A stretch of DNA of 26,003 nucleotides from Utricularia gibba (Eukaryota > Plantae > Magnoliophyta). The stretch spans positions 1 to 26,003 of the forward strand of contig NEEC01000330.1 of assembly GCA_002189035.1 (NCBI GenBank), in the 5' to 3' direction. Shown piece by piece: positions 1-11,790 of this stretch (positions within the stretch are counted from its first letter, which is position 1; every line of letters begins with the position of its first letter). The notes under the pieces are model-generated. The model saw only the letters and a list, made by a program, of their open reading frames with translations, did no database searches and was not told the DNA's origin. Made by a program: the position numbers and the translations under genes.

Positions 1-3000
1 CCAAAAACGACAAGCTTTTCCTTGAGAAACCATGTAGGCAGCCAATTAAAACCCAACGTTAAGAAATGCATCAAGTTTTTGCCGAGCCACAAATGACTAT
101 GGGCCCGAGCTCGACTCGACCTCTCGATACCGTTGCCCACGAGAGCGCCTCCTCAGATATAAAGCATGCGGTTGAGAAAACCATTTTGGGTGCTCATGAC
201 ATCCTAACTTCAATAAGTGCAGCACGATTTTCGTCGAGTAGGACCCGATGTGGCAAAGGAACCTTGGGTCAGAACGAAGTTCACAACGACATCACCCGCC
301 CAAAAACGACAAGCTTTTCCTTGAGAAACCATGTAGGCAGCCAATTAAAACCCAACGTTAAGAAATGCATCAAGTTTTTTGCCGAGCTACAAATGACTAT
401 GGGCCCGAGCTCGACTCGACCTCCTTCTCGATACCGTTGCCCCACGAGAGCGCCTCCTCAGATATAAAGCATGCGGTTGAGAAAACCATTTTGGGTGCTT
501 ATGACATCCTAACTTCAATAAGTGCATCACGATTTTCGTCGAGTAGGACCCGATGTGGCAAAGGGAACCTTGGGTCAGAACGAAGTTCACAACGACATCA
601 CCCGCCCAAAAACGACAAGCTTTTCCTTGAGAAACCATGTAGGCAGCCAATTAAAACCCAACGTTAAGAAATGCATCAAGTTTTTTGCCGAGCCACAAAT
701 GACTATGGGCCCGAGCTCGACTCGACCTCCTTCTCGATACCGTTGCCCACGAGAGCGCCTCCTCAGATATAAAGCATGCGGTTGAGAAAACCATTTTGGG
801 TGCTCATGACATCCTAACTTCAATAAGTGCATCACGATTTTCGTCGAGTAGGACCCGATGTTTGGGTCAGAACGAAGTTCACAACGACATCACCCGCCCA
901 AAAACGACAAGCTTTTCCTTGAGAAACCATGTAGGCAGCCAATTAAAACCCAACGTTAAGAAATGCATCAAGTTTTTTGCCGAGCACAAATGACTATGGG
1001 CCCGAGCTCGACTCGACCTCCTTCTCGATACCGTTGCCCCACGAGAGCGCCTCCAATATAAAGCATGCGGTTGAGAAAACCATTTTGGGTGCTCATGACA
1101 TCCTAACTTCAATAAGTGCATCACGATTTCGTCGAGTAGGACCCGATGTGGCAAAGGAGTCAGACCGAACCTTGGGTCAGAACGAAGTTCACAACGACAT
1201 CACCCGCCCAAAAACGACAAGCTTTTCCTTGAGAAACCATGTAGGCAGCCAATTAAAACCCAACGTTAAAAATGCATCAAGTTTTTTGCCGAGCCACAAA
1301 TGACTATGGGCCCGAGCTCGACTCGACCTCCTTCTCGATACCGTTGCCCACGAGAGCGCCCCTCAGATATAAAGCATGCGGTTGAGAAAACCATTTTGGG
1401 TGCTCATGACATCCTAACTTCAATAAGTGCATCACGATTTTCGTCGAGTAGGACCCGATGTGGCAAAGGAGTCAGACCGAACCTTGGGTCAGAACGAAGT
1501 TCACAACGACATCACCCGCCCAAAAACGACAAGCTTTTCCTTGAGAAACCATGTAGCAGCCAATTAAAACCCAACGTTAAGAAATGCATCAAGTTTTTTG
1601 CCGAGCTACAAATGACTATGGGCCCGAGCTCGACTCGACCTCCTTCTCGATACCGTTGCCCCACGAGAGCGCCTCCTCAGATATAAAGCATGCGGTTGAG
1701 AAAACCATTTTGGGTGCTTATGACATCCTAACTTCAATAAGTGCATCACGATTTTCGTCGAGTAGGACCCGATGTGGCAAAGGAGTCAGACCGAACCTTG
1801 GGTCAGAACGAAGTTCACAACGACATCACCCGCCCAAAAACGACAAGCTTTTCCTTGAGAAACCATGTAGGCAGCCAATTAAAACCCAACGTTAAGAAAT
1901 GCATCAAGTTTTTGCCGAGCTACAAATGACTATCCCCGAGCTCGACTTGCTCGATACCGTTGCCCCCACGAGAGCGCCTCAAATATAAAGCATGCGGTTG
2001 AGAAAACCATTTGGGTGCTCATGACATCCTAACTTCAATAAGTGCATCACGATTTTCGTCGAGTAGGACCCGATGTGGCAAAGGAGGAACCTTGGGTCAG
2101 AACGAAGTTCACAACGACATCACCCGCCCAAAAACGACAAGCTTTTCCTTGAGAAACCATGTAGGCAGCCAATTAAAACCCAACGTTAAGAAATGCATCA
2201 AGTTTTTTGCCGAGCCACAAATGACTATGGGCCCGAGCTCGACTCGACCTCCTTCTCGATACCGTTGCCCCACGAGAGCGCCTCCTCAATATAAAGCATG
2301 CGGTTGAGAAAACCATTTTGGGTGCTCATGACATCCTAACTTCAATAAGTGCATCACGATTTTCGTCGAGTAGGACCCGATGTGGCAAAGGAACCGACCG
2401 GTCAAACTTCACAACGACATCACCCGCCCAAAAACGACAAGCTTTTCCTTGAGAAACCATGTAGGCAGCCAATTAAAACCCAACGTTAAGAAATGCATCA
2501 AGTTTTTTGCCGAGCTACAAATGACTATGGGCCCGAGCTCGACTCGACCTCCTTCTCGATACCGTTGCCCCACGAGAGCGCCTCCTCAGATATAAAGCAT
2601 GCGGTTGAGAAAACCATTTTGGGTGCTCATGACATCCTAACTTCAATAAGTGCAGCACGATTTTCGTCGAGTAGGACCCGATGTGGCAAAGGAACCTTGG
2701 GTCAGAACGAAGTTCACAACGACATCACCCGCCCAAAAACGACAAGCTTTTCCTTGAGAAACCATGTAGGCAGCCAATTAAAACCCAACGTTAAGAAATG
2801 CATCAAGTTTTTTGCCGAGCCACAAATGACTATGGGCCCGAGCTCGACTCGACCTCCTTCTCGATACCGTTGCCCCACGAGAGCGCCCTCAGATATAAAG
2901 CATGCGGTTGAGAAAACCATTTTGGGTGCTCATGACATCCTAACTTCAATAAGTGCATCACGATTTTCGTCGAGTAGGACCCGATGTGGCAAAGGAACCT

Positions 3001-6000
3001 TGGGTCAGAACGAAGTTCACAACGACATCACCGCCCAAAAACGACAAGCTTTTCCTTGAGAAACCATGTAGGCAGCCAATTAAAACCCAACGTTAAGAAA
3101 TGCATCAAGTTTTTTGCCGAGCTACAAATGACTATGGGCCCGAGCTCGACTCGACCTCCTTCTCGATACCGTTGCCCCCACGAGAGCGCCTCCTCAGATA
3201 TAAAGCATGCGGTTGAGAAAACCATTTTGGGTGCTCATGACATCCTAACTTCAATAAGTGCATCAGATTTTCGTCGAGTAGGACCCGATGTGGCAAAGGA
3301 GTCAGAACCTTGGGTCAGAACGAAGTTCACAACGACATCACCGCCCAAAAACGACAAGCTTTTCCTTGAGAAACCATGTAGGCAGCCAATTAAAACCCAA
3401 CGTTAAAAATGCATCAAGTTTTTTGCCGAGCCACAAATGACTATGGGCCCGAGCTCGACTCGACCTCCTTCTCGACCGTTGCCCCACGAGAGCGCCTCCT
3501 CAATATAAAGCATGCGGTTGAGAAAACCATTTTGGGTGCTCATGACATCCTAACTTCAATAAGTGCAGCACGATTTTCGTCGAGTAGGACCCGATGTGGC
3601 AAAGGAGTCGAACCTTGGGTCAGAACGAAGTTCACAACGACATCACCCGCCCAAAAACGACAAGCTTTTCCTTGAGAAACCATGTAGGCAGCCAATTAAA
3701 ACCCAACGTTAAGAAATGCATCAAGTTTTTTGCCGAGCTACAAATGACTATGGCCCGAGCTCGACTCGACCTCCTTCTCGATACCGTTGCCCCACGAGAG
3801 CGCCTTTCAAATATAAAGCATGCGGTTGAGAAAACCATTTTGGGTGCTCATGACATCCTAACTTCAATAACATCACGATTTTCGTCGAGTAGGACCGATG
3901 TGGCAAAGGAGTCAGACCGAACCTTGGGGAACGAAGTTCACAACGACATCACCGCCCAAAAACGACAAGCTTTTCCTTGAGAAACCATGTAGGCAGCCAA
4001 TTAAAACCCAACGTTAAAAATGCATCAAGTTTTTGCCGAGCCACAAATGACTATGGGCCCGAGCTCGACTCGACCTCCTTCTCGATACCGTTGCCCCACG
4101 AGAGCGCCTCCTCAGATATAAAGCATGCGGTTGAGAAAACCATTTTGGGTGCTCATGACATCCTAACTTCAATAAGTGCATCACGATTTTCGTCGAGTAG
4201 ACCCGATGTGGCAAGGAGTCAGAACCTTGGGTCAGAACGAAGTTCACAACGACATCACCCCCCAAAAACGACAAGCTTTTCCTTGAGAAACCATGTAGGC
4301 AGCCAATTAAAACCCAACGTTAAGAAATGCATCAAGTTTTTTGCCGAGCTACAAATGACTATGGGCCCGAGCTCGACTCGACCTCCTCGATACCGTTGCC
4401 CCACGAGAGCGCCTCCTCAGATATAAAGCATGCGGTTGAGAAAACCATTTTGGGTGCTTATGACATCCTAACTTCAATAAGTGCATCACGATTTTCGTCG
4501 AGTAGGACCCGATGTCAAAGGAGTCAGACCGAACCTTGGGTCAGAACGAAGTTCACAACGACATCACCCGCCCAAAAACGACAAGCTTTTCCTTGAGAAA
4601 CCATGTAGGCAGCCAATTAAAACCCAACGTTAAGAAATGCATCAAGTTTTTTGCCGAGCACAAATGACTATGGGCCCGAGCTCGACTCGACCTCCTCTCG
4701 ATACCGTTGCCCCACGAGAGCGCCTCATATAAAGCATGCGGTTGAGAAAACCATTTTGGGTGCTCATGACATCCTAACTTCAATAAATGCATCACGATTT
4801 TCGTCGAGTAGGACCCGATGTGGCAAAGGAGTCAGAACCTTGGGTCAGAACGAAGTTCACAACGACATCACCCGCCCAAAAACGACAAGCTTTTCCTTGA
4901 GAAACCATGTAGGCAGCCAATTAAAACCCAACGTTAAGAAATGCATCAAGTTTTTTGCCGAGCACAAATGACTATGGGCCCGAGCTCGACTCGACCTCCT
5001 TCTCGATACCGTTGCCCCACGAGAGCGCCTCCTCAGATATAAAGCATGCGTTGAGAAAACCACATGACATCCTAACTTCAATAAGTGCATCACGATTTTC
5101 GTCGAGTAGGACCCGATGTCCTTGGGTCAGAACGAAGTTCACAACGACATCACCCGCCCAAAAACGACAAGCTTTTCCTTGAGAAACCATGTAGGCAGCC
5201 TAAAACCCAACGTTAAGAAATGCATCAAGTTTTTTGCCGAGCTACAAATGACTATGGGCCCGAGCTCGACTCGACCTCACGATACCGTTGCCTCCTCAAT
5301 ATAAAGCATGCGGTTGAGAAAACCATTTTGGTGCTCATGACATCCTAACTTCAATAAGTGCATCACGATTTTCGTCGAGTAGGACCCGATGTGGCAAAGG
5401 AGTCAGACCGAACCTTGGGTCAGAACGAAGTCACAACGACATCACCCGCCCAAAAACGACAAGCTTTTCCTTGAGAAACCATGTAGGCAGACCCAACGTT
5501 AAGAAATGCATCAAGTTTTTTGCCGAGCTACAAATGACTATGGGCCCGAGCTCGACTCGACCTCCTTCTCGATACCGTTGCCCACGAGAGCGGATATAAA
5601 GCATGCGGTTGAGAAAACCATTTTGGGTGCTCATGACATCCTAACTTCAATAAGTGCATCACGATTTTCGTCGAGTAGGACCCGATGTGGCAAAGGAGTC
5701 AGACCGAACCTTGGGTCAGAACGAAGTTCACAACGACATCACCCGCCCAAAAACGACAAGCTTTTCCTTGAGAAACCATGTAGGCAGCCAATTAAAACCC
5801 AACGTTAAGAAATGCATCAAGTTTTTTGCCGAGCTACAAATGACTATGGGCCCGAGCTCGACTCGACCTCCTTCTCGATACCGTTGCCCCACGAGAGGCC
5901 TTCAATATAAAGCATGCGGTTGAGAAAACCATTTTGGGTGCATGACATCCTAACTTCAATAAGTGCATCACGATTTTCGTCGAGTAGGACCCGATGTGGC

Positions 6001-9000
6001 AAAGGAGTCAGACCGAACCTTGGGTCAGAACGAAGTTCACAACGACATCACCGCCCAAAAACGACAAGCTTTTCCTTGAGAAACCATGTAGGCAGCCAAT
6101 TAAACCCAACGTTAAGAAATGCATCAAGTTTTTTGCCGAGCCACAAATGACTATGGGCCCGAGCTCGACTCGACCTCCTTCTCGATACCGTTGCCCCACG
6201 AGAGCGCCTCCTCAGATATAAAGCATGCGGTTGAGAAAACCATTTTGGGTGCTCATGACATCCTAACTTCAATAAGTGCATCACGATTTTCGTCGAGTAG
6301 GACCGATGTGGCAAAGGAGTCAGACCGAACCTTGGGTCAGAACGAAGTTCACAACGACATCACCCCCCAAAACGACAAGCTTTTCCTTGAGAAACCATGT
6401 AGGCAGCCAATTAAAACCCAACGTTAAGAAATGCATCAAGTTTTTTGCCGAGCTACAAATGACTATGGGCCCGAGCTCGACTCGACCTCCTTCTCGATAC
6501 CGTTGCCCCACGAGAGCGCCTCCTCAGATATAAAGCATGCGGTTGAGAAAACCATTTTGGGGTGCATGACATCCTAACTTCAATAAGTGCATCACGATTT
6601 TCGTCGAGTAGGACCCGATGTGGCAAGGAACCTTGGGTCAGAACGAAGTTCACAACGACATCACCCGCAAAACGACAAGCTTTTCCTTGAGAAACCATGT
6701 AGGCAGCCAATTAAAACCAACGTTAAGAAATGCATCAAGTTTTTTGCCGAGCTACAAATGACTATGGGCCCGAGCTCGACTCGACCTCCTTCTCGATACC
6801 GTTGCCCCACGAGAGCGCCTCCTCAATATAAAGCATGCGGTTGAGAAAACCATTTTGGGTGCTCATGACATCCTAACTTCAATAAGTGCAGCACGATTTT
6901 CGTCGAGTAGGACCCGATGTGGCCAACCTTGGGTCAGAACGAAGTTCACAACGACATCACCCGCCCAAAAACGACAAGCTTTTCCTTGAGAAACCATGTA
7001 GGCAGCCAATTAAACCCAACGTTAAGAAATGCATCAAGTTTTTTGCCGAGCTACAAATGACTATGGGCCCGAGCTCGACTCGACCTCCTTCTCGATACCG
7101 TTGCCCCACGAGAGCGCCTCCTCAGATATAAAGCATGCGGTTGAGAAAACCATTTTGGGTGCTCATGACATCCTAACTTCAATAAGTGGCACGATTTTCG
7201 TCGAGTAGGACCCGATGTCTTGGGTCAGAACGAAGTTCACAACGACATCACCCGCCCAAAAACGACAAGCTTTTCCTTGAGAAACCATGTAGGCAGCCAA
7301 TTAAAACCCAACGTTAAGAAATGCATCAAGTTTTTTGCCGAGCTACAAATGACTATGGGCCCGAGCTCGACTCGACCTCCTTCTCGATACGTTGCCCCCA
7401 CGAGAGCGCCTCCTCAATATAAAGCATGCGGTTGAGAAAACCATTTTGGGTGCTCATGACATCCTAACTTCAATAAGGCAGCACGATTTTCGTCGAGTAG
7501 GACCCGATGTGCAAAGGAGTCAGACCGAACCTTGGGTCAGAACGAAGTTCACAACGACATCACCCGCCCAAAAACGACAAGCTTTTCCTTGAGAAACCAT
7601 GTAGGCAGCCAATTAAAACCCAACGTTAAGAAATGCATCAAGTTTTTTGCCGAGCTACAAATGACTATGGGCCCGAGCTCGACTCGACCTCCTTCTCGAT
7701 ACCGTTGCCCCACGAGAGCGCCTCCTCAGATATAAAGCATGCGGTTGAGAAAACCATTTTGGGTGCTCATGACATCCTAACTTCAATAAGTGCACACGAT
7801 TTTCGTCGAGTAGGACCCGATGTGGCAAAGGAGTCAGACCGAACCTTGGGTCAGAACGAAGTTCACAACGACATCACCCGCCCAAAAACGACAAGCTTTT
7901 CCTTGAGAAACCATGTAGGCAGCCAATTAAAACCCAACGTTAAGAAATGCATCAAGTTTTTTGCCGAGCCACAAATGACTATGGGCCCGAGCTCGACTCG
8001 ACCTCCTTCTCGATACCGTTGCCCCACGAGAGCGCCTCCTCAGATATAAAGCATGCGGTTGAGAAAACCATTTTGGGTGCTCATGACATCCTAACTTCAA
8101 TAAGTGCATCACGATTTCGTCGAGTAGGACCCGATGTGGCAAAGGAGTCAGACCGAACCTTGGGTCAGAACGAAGTTCACAACGACATCACCCGCCCAAA
8201 AACGACAAGCTTTTCCTTGAGAAACCATGTAGGCAGCCAATTAAAACCAACGTTAAGAAATGCATCAAGTTTTTTGCCGAGCTACAAATGACTATGGGCC
8301 CGAGCTCGACTCGACCTCCTCTCGATACCGTTGCCCCACGAGAGCGCCTCCTCAATATAAAGCATGCGGTTTGAGAAAACCATTTTGGGTGCTCATGACA
8401 TCTAACTTCAATAAGTGCATCACGATTTTCGTCGAGTAGGACCGATGTGGCAAAGGAGTCAGACCGAACCTTGGGTCAGAACGAAGTTCACAACGACATC
8501 ACCGCCCAAAAACGACAAGCTTTTCCTTGAGAAACCATTAGGCAGCCAATTAAAACCAACGTTAAAAATGCATCAAGTTTTTGCCGAGCTACAAATGACT
8601 ATGGGCCCGAGCTCGACTCGACCTCCTTCTCGATACCGTTCGAGAGCGCCTCCTCAATATAAAGCATGCGGTTGAGAAAACCATTTTGGGTGCTATGACA
8701 TCCTAACTTCAATAAGTGCATCACGATTTTTCGTCGAGTAGGACCCGATGTGGCAAAGGAACCTTGGGTCAGAACGAAGTTCACAACGACATCACCCGCC
8801 CAAAAACGACAAGCTTTTCCTTGAGAAACCATGTAGGCAGCCAATTAAAACCCAACGTTAAGAAATGCATCAAGTTTTTTGCCGAGCTACAAATGACTAT
8901 GGGCCCGAGCTCGACTCGACCTCCTTCTCGATACCGTTGCCCACGAGAGCCTCCTCAGATATAAAGCATGCGGTTGAAAAACCATTTTGGGTGCTCATGA

Positions 9001-10264
9001 CATCCTAACTTCAATAAGTGCATCACGATTTTCGTCGAGTAGGACCCGATGTGAACCTTGGGTCAGAACGAAGTTCACAACGACATCACCCGCCCAAAAA
9101 CGACAAGCTTTTCCTTGAGAAACCATGTAGGCAGCCAATTAAAACCCAACGTTAAGAAATGCATCAAGTTTTTTGCCGAGCCACAAATGACTATGGGCCC
9201 GAGCTCGACTCGACCTCCTTCTCGATACCGTTGCCCACGAGAGCGCCTCCTCAAATATAAAGCATGCGGTTGAGAAAACCATTTTGGGTGCTCATGACAT
9301 CCTAACTTCAATAAGTGCATCACGATTTCGTCGAGTAGGACCCGATGTGGCAAAGGAGTCAGACCGAACCTTGGGTCAGAACGAAGTTCACAACGACATC
9401 ACCCGCCCAAAACGACAAGCTTTTCCTTGAGAAACCATGTAGGCAGCCAATTAAAACCCAACGTTAAAAATGCATCAAGTTTTTTGCCGAGCTACAAATG
9501 ACTATGGCCCGAGCTCGACTCGACCTCCTTCTCGATACCGTTGCCCCACGAGAGCGCCTCCTCAATATAAAGCATGCGGTTGAGAAAACCATTTTGGTGC
9601 TCATGACATCCTAACTTCAATAAGTGCATCACGATTTCGTCGAGTAGGACCCGATGTGGCAAAGGAGTCAGACCGAACCTTGGGTCAGAACGAAGTTCAC
9701 AACGACATCACCCGCCCAAAAACGACAAGCTTTTCCTTGAGAAACCATGTAGGCAGCCAATTAAAACCCAACGTTAAGAAATGCATCAAGTTTTTTGCCG
9801 AGCCACAAATGACTATGGGCCCGAGCTCGACTCGACCTCCTCTCGATACCGTTGCCCACGAGAGCGCCTCCTCAATATAAAGCATGCGGTTGAGAAAACC
9901 ATTTTGGGTGCTCATGACATCCTAACTTCAATAAGTGCATCACGATTTTCGTCGAGTAGGACCGATTGGCAAAGGAACCTTGGGTCAGAACGAAGTTCCA
10001 ACGACATCACCCGCCCAAAACGACAAGCTTTTCCTTGAGAAACCATGTAGGCAGCCAATTAAAACCCAACGTTAAGAAATGCATCAGTTTTTTGCCGAGC
10101 TACAAATGACTATGGGCCCGAGCTCGACTCGACCTCCTTTCGATACCGTTGCCCACGAGAGCGCCTCCTCAGATATAAAGCATGCGGTTGAGAAAACCAT
10201 TTTGGGTGCTATGACATCCTAACTTCAATAAGTGCATCACGATTTCGTCGAGTAGGACCCGATG
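1..10264. repeat. Left sub-array: deletion-rich monomers, mean period ~303 bp
   Basis: There are 34 periods between anchors at 12 and 10320 (10308 bp, ~303 bp each). Multi-base deletions are frequent in GGCAAAGGAGTCAGACCGAACC. No exact B-type CCTTATC or CCTGCTCG motif occurs. Confidence 0.85.
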
Positions 10265-11790
10265 TGGCAAAGGAACCTCAGAACGAAGTTCACAACGACA
10301 TCACCCGCCCAAAAACGACAAGCTTTTCCTTGAGAAACCATGTAGGCAGCCAATTAAAACCAACAATGCATCAATTTTTTGCCGAGCTTGACTATGGCCG
10401 AAATGATACATCCTCAAGCATTTTTTGCATCCTAACTTCAATAAGTGCATCACGATTCGTAGGACCCGATGTGGCAAAGGAGTCAGACCGAACCTTGGGT
10501 CAGAACGAAGTTCACAACGACATCACAAAAACGACAAGCCCTTGAGAAACCATCAGCCACTCATCAAGACTACAAATGACCCCGAGCTCGACTGTCCTTC
10601 TCGATACCGTTGCCCACGAGAGCGCCTCCTCAATATAAAGCATGCGGTTGAGAAAACCATTTTGGGTGCTCATGACATCCTAACTTCAATAAGTGCAACG
10701 ATTTTCGTCGAGTAGGACCCGATGTGGCAAAAACCTTGGGTCAGAACGAAGTTCACAACGACATCACCCGCCCAAAAACGACAAGCTTTTCCTTGAGAAA
10801 CCATGTAGGCAGCCAATTAAAACCCAACGTTAAGAAATGCATCAAGTTTTTTGCCGAGCCACAAATGACTATGGCCCGAGCTCGACTCGACCTCCTTCTC
10901 GATACCGTTGCCCCACGAGAGCGCAGCACCTCATGATTTCGTCATGAGTAGGACCCGATGTGGCAAAACCAACCTTTTGGGTCAGAACGAAGACATCACA
11001 ACGACATCTTCAAAAGTGCATGACAATTTTTCCGAGTAGAACCCGATGTGGCAAAGGAGTCAGACCGAACCTTGGGTCAGAACGAAGTTCACAACGACAC
11101 AATTAAAACCAACAGTTAAGAAAAATGCATCAAGTTTTTTTGCCGAGCTACAAATGACGATACCGTTGCCCGAGCTCGAGCTCCTTATTCAAATCATACC
11201 GTTGCCCCACGAGAGCGCCTCCTCAACCATATAAAGCATGCGTGTTGATGACATCCTAACTTCAATAAGTTGGGTCTTTTCGTCGAGTTCAGGAAGCCGC
11301 AGGCACGATTTTCGACCTCGAACCGTTGGGACCCGATGTGACAAAGTTCACAGACCGAACCTTGGGTCAGAACGAAGTCACAACGACATCACCGCCCAAA
11401 AACGACAAGCTTTTCCTTGAGAAACCATGTAGGCAGCCAATTAAAACCCAACGTTAAGAAATGCATCAATTTTTGCGAGAGTGCTATGGGCCCGAGCTCG
11501 ACTCGGGCCCTTGAGCTCGACCGTTGCGACGAGAGCTTCTCCTCATACCGTTGCCCACGAGAGCGCCTCCTCATATAAAGCATGCGGTTGAGAAAACCAT
11601 TTTGGGTGCTCATGACATCCTAACTTCAATAAGTGCATCACGATTTTCGTCGAGTAAAGGACCCGATTCAGGAAAAAGGCATCAGACCGATTTTCATCAG
11701 TCGAGTACGAAGTTCGACAACGGCACAAGAACCGCCCAGAAAACGACAAGCTTTTCCTTCACCGAGCCCAAAAACGACAAGCTTTTCCTT
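10265..11790. other. Scrambled/degenerate segment built from fragments of the same monomer
   Basis: Anchor spacing becomes irregular (10320, 10536 degenerate, 10783, 11407, 11748, 11779), with truncated, shuffled and locally duplicated monomer pieces and no unrelated sequence. Confidence 0.85.
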
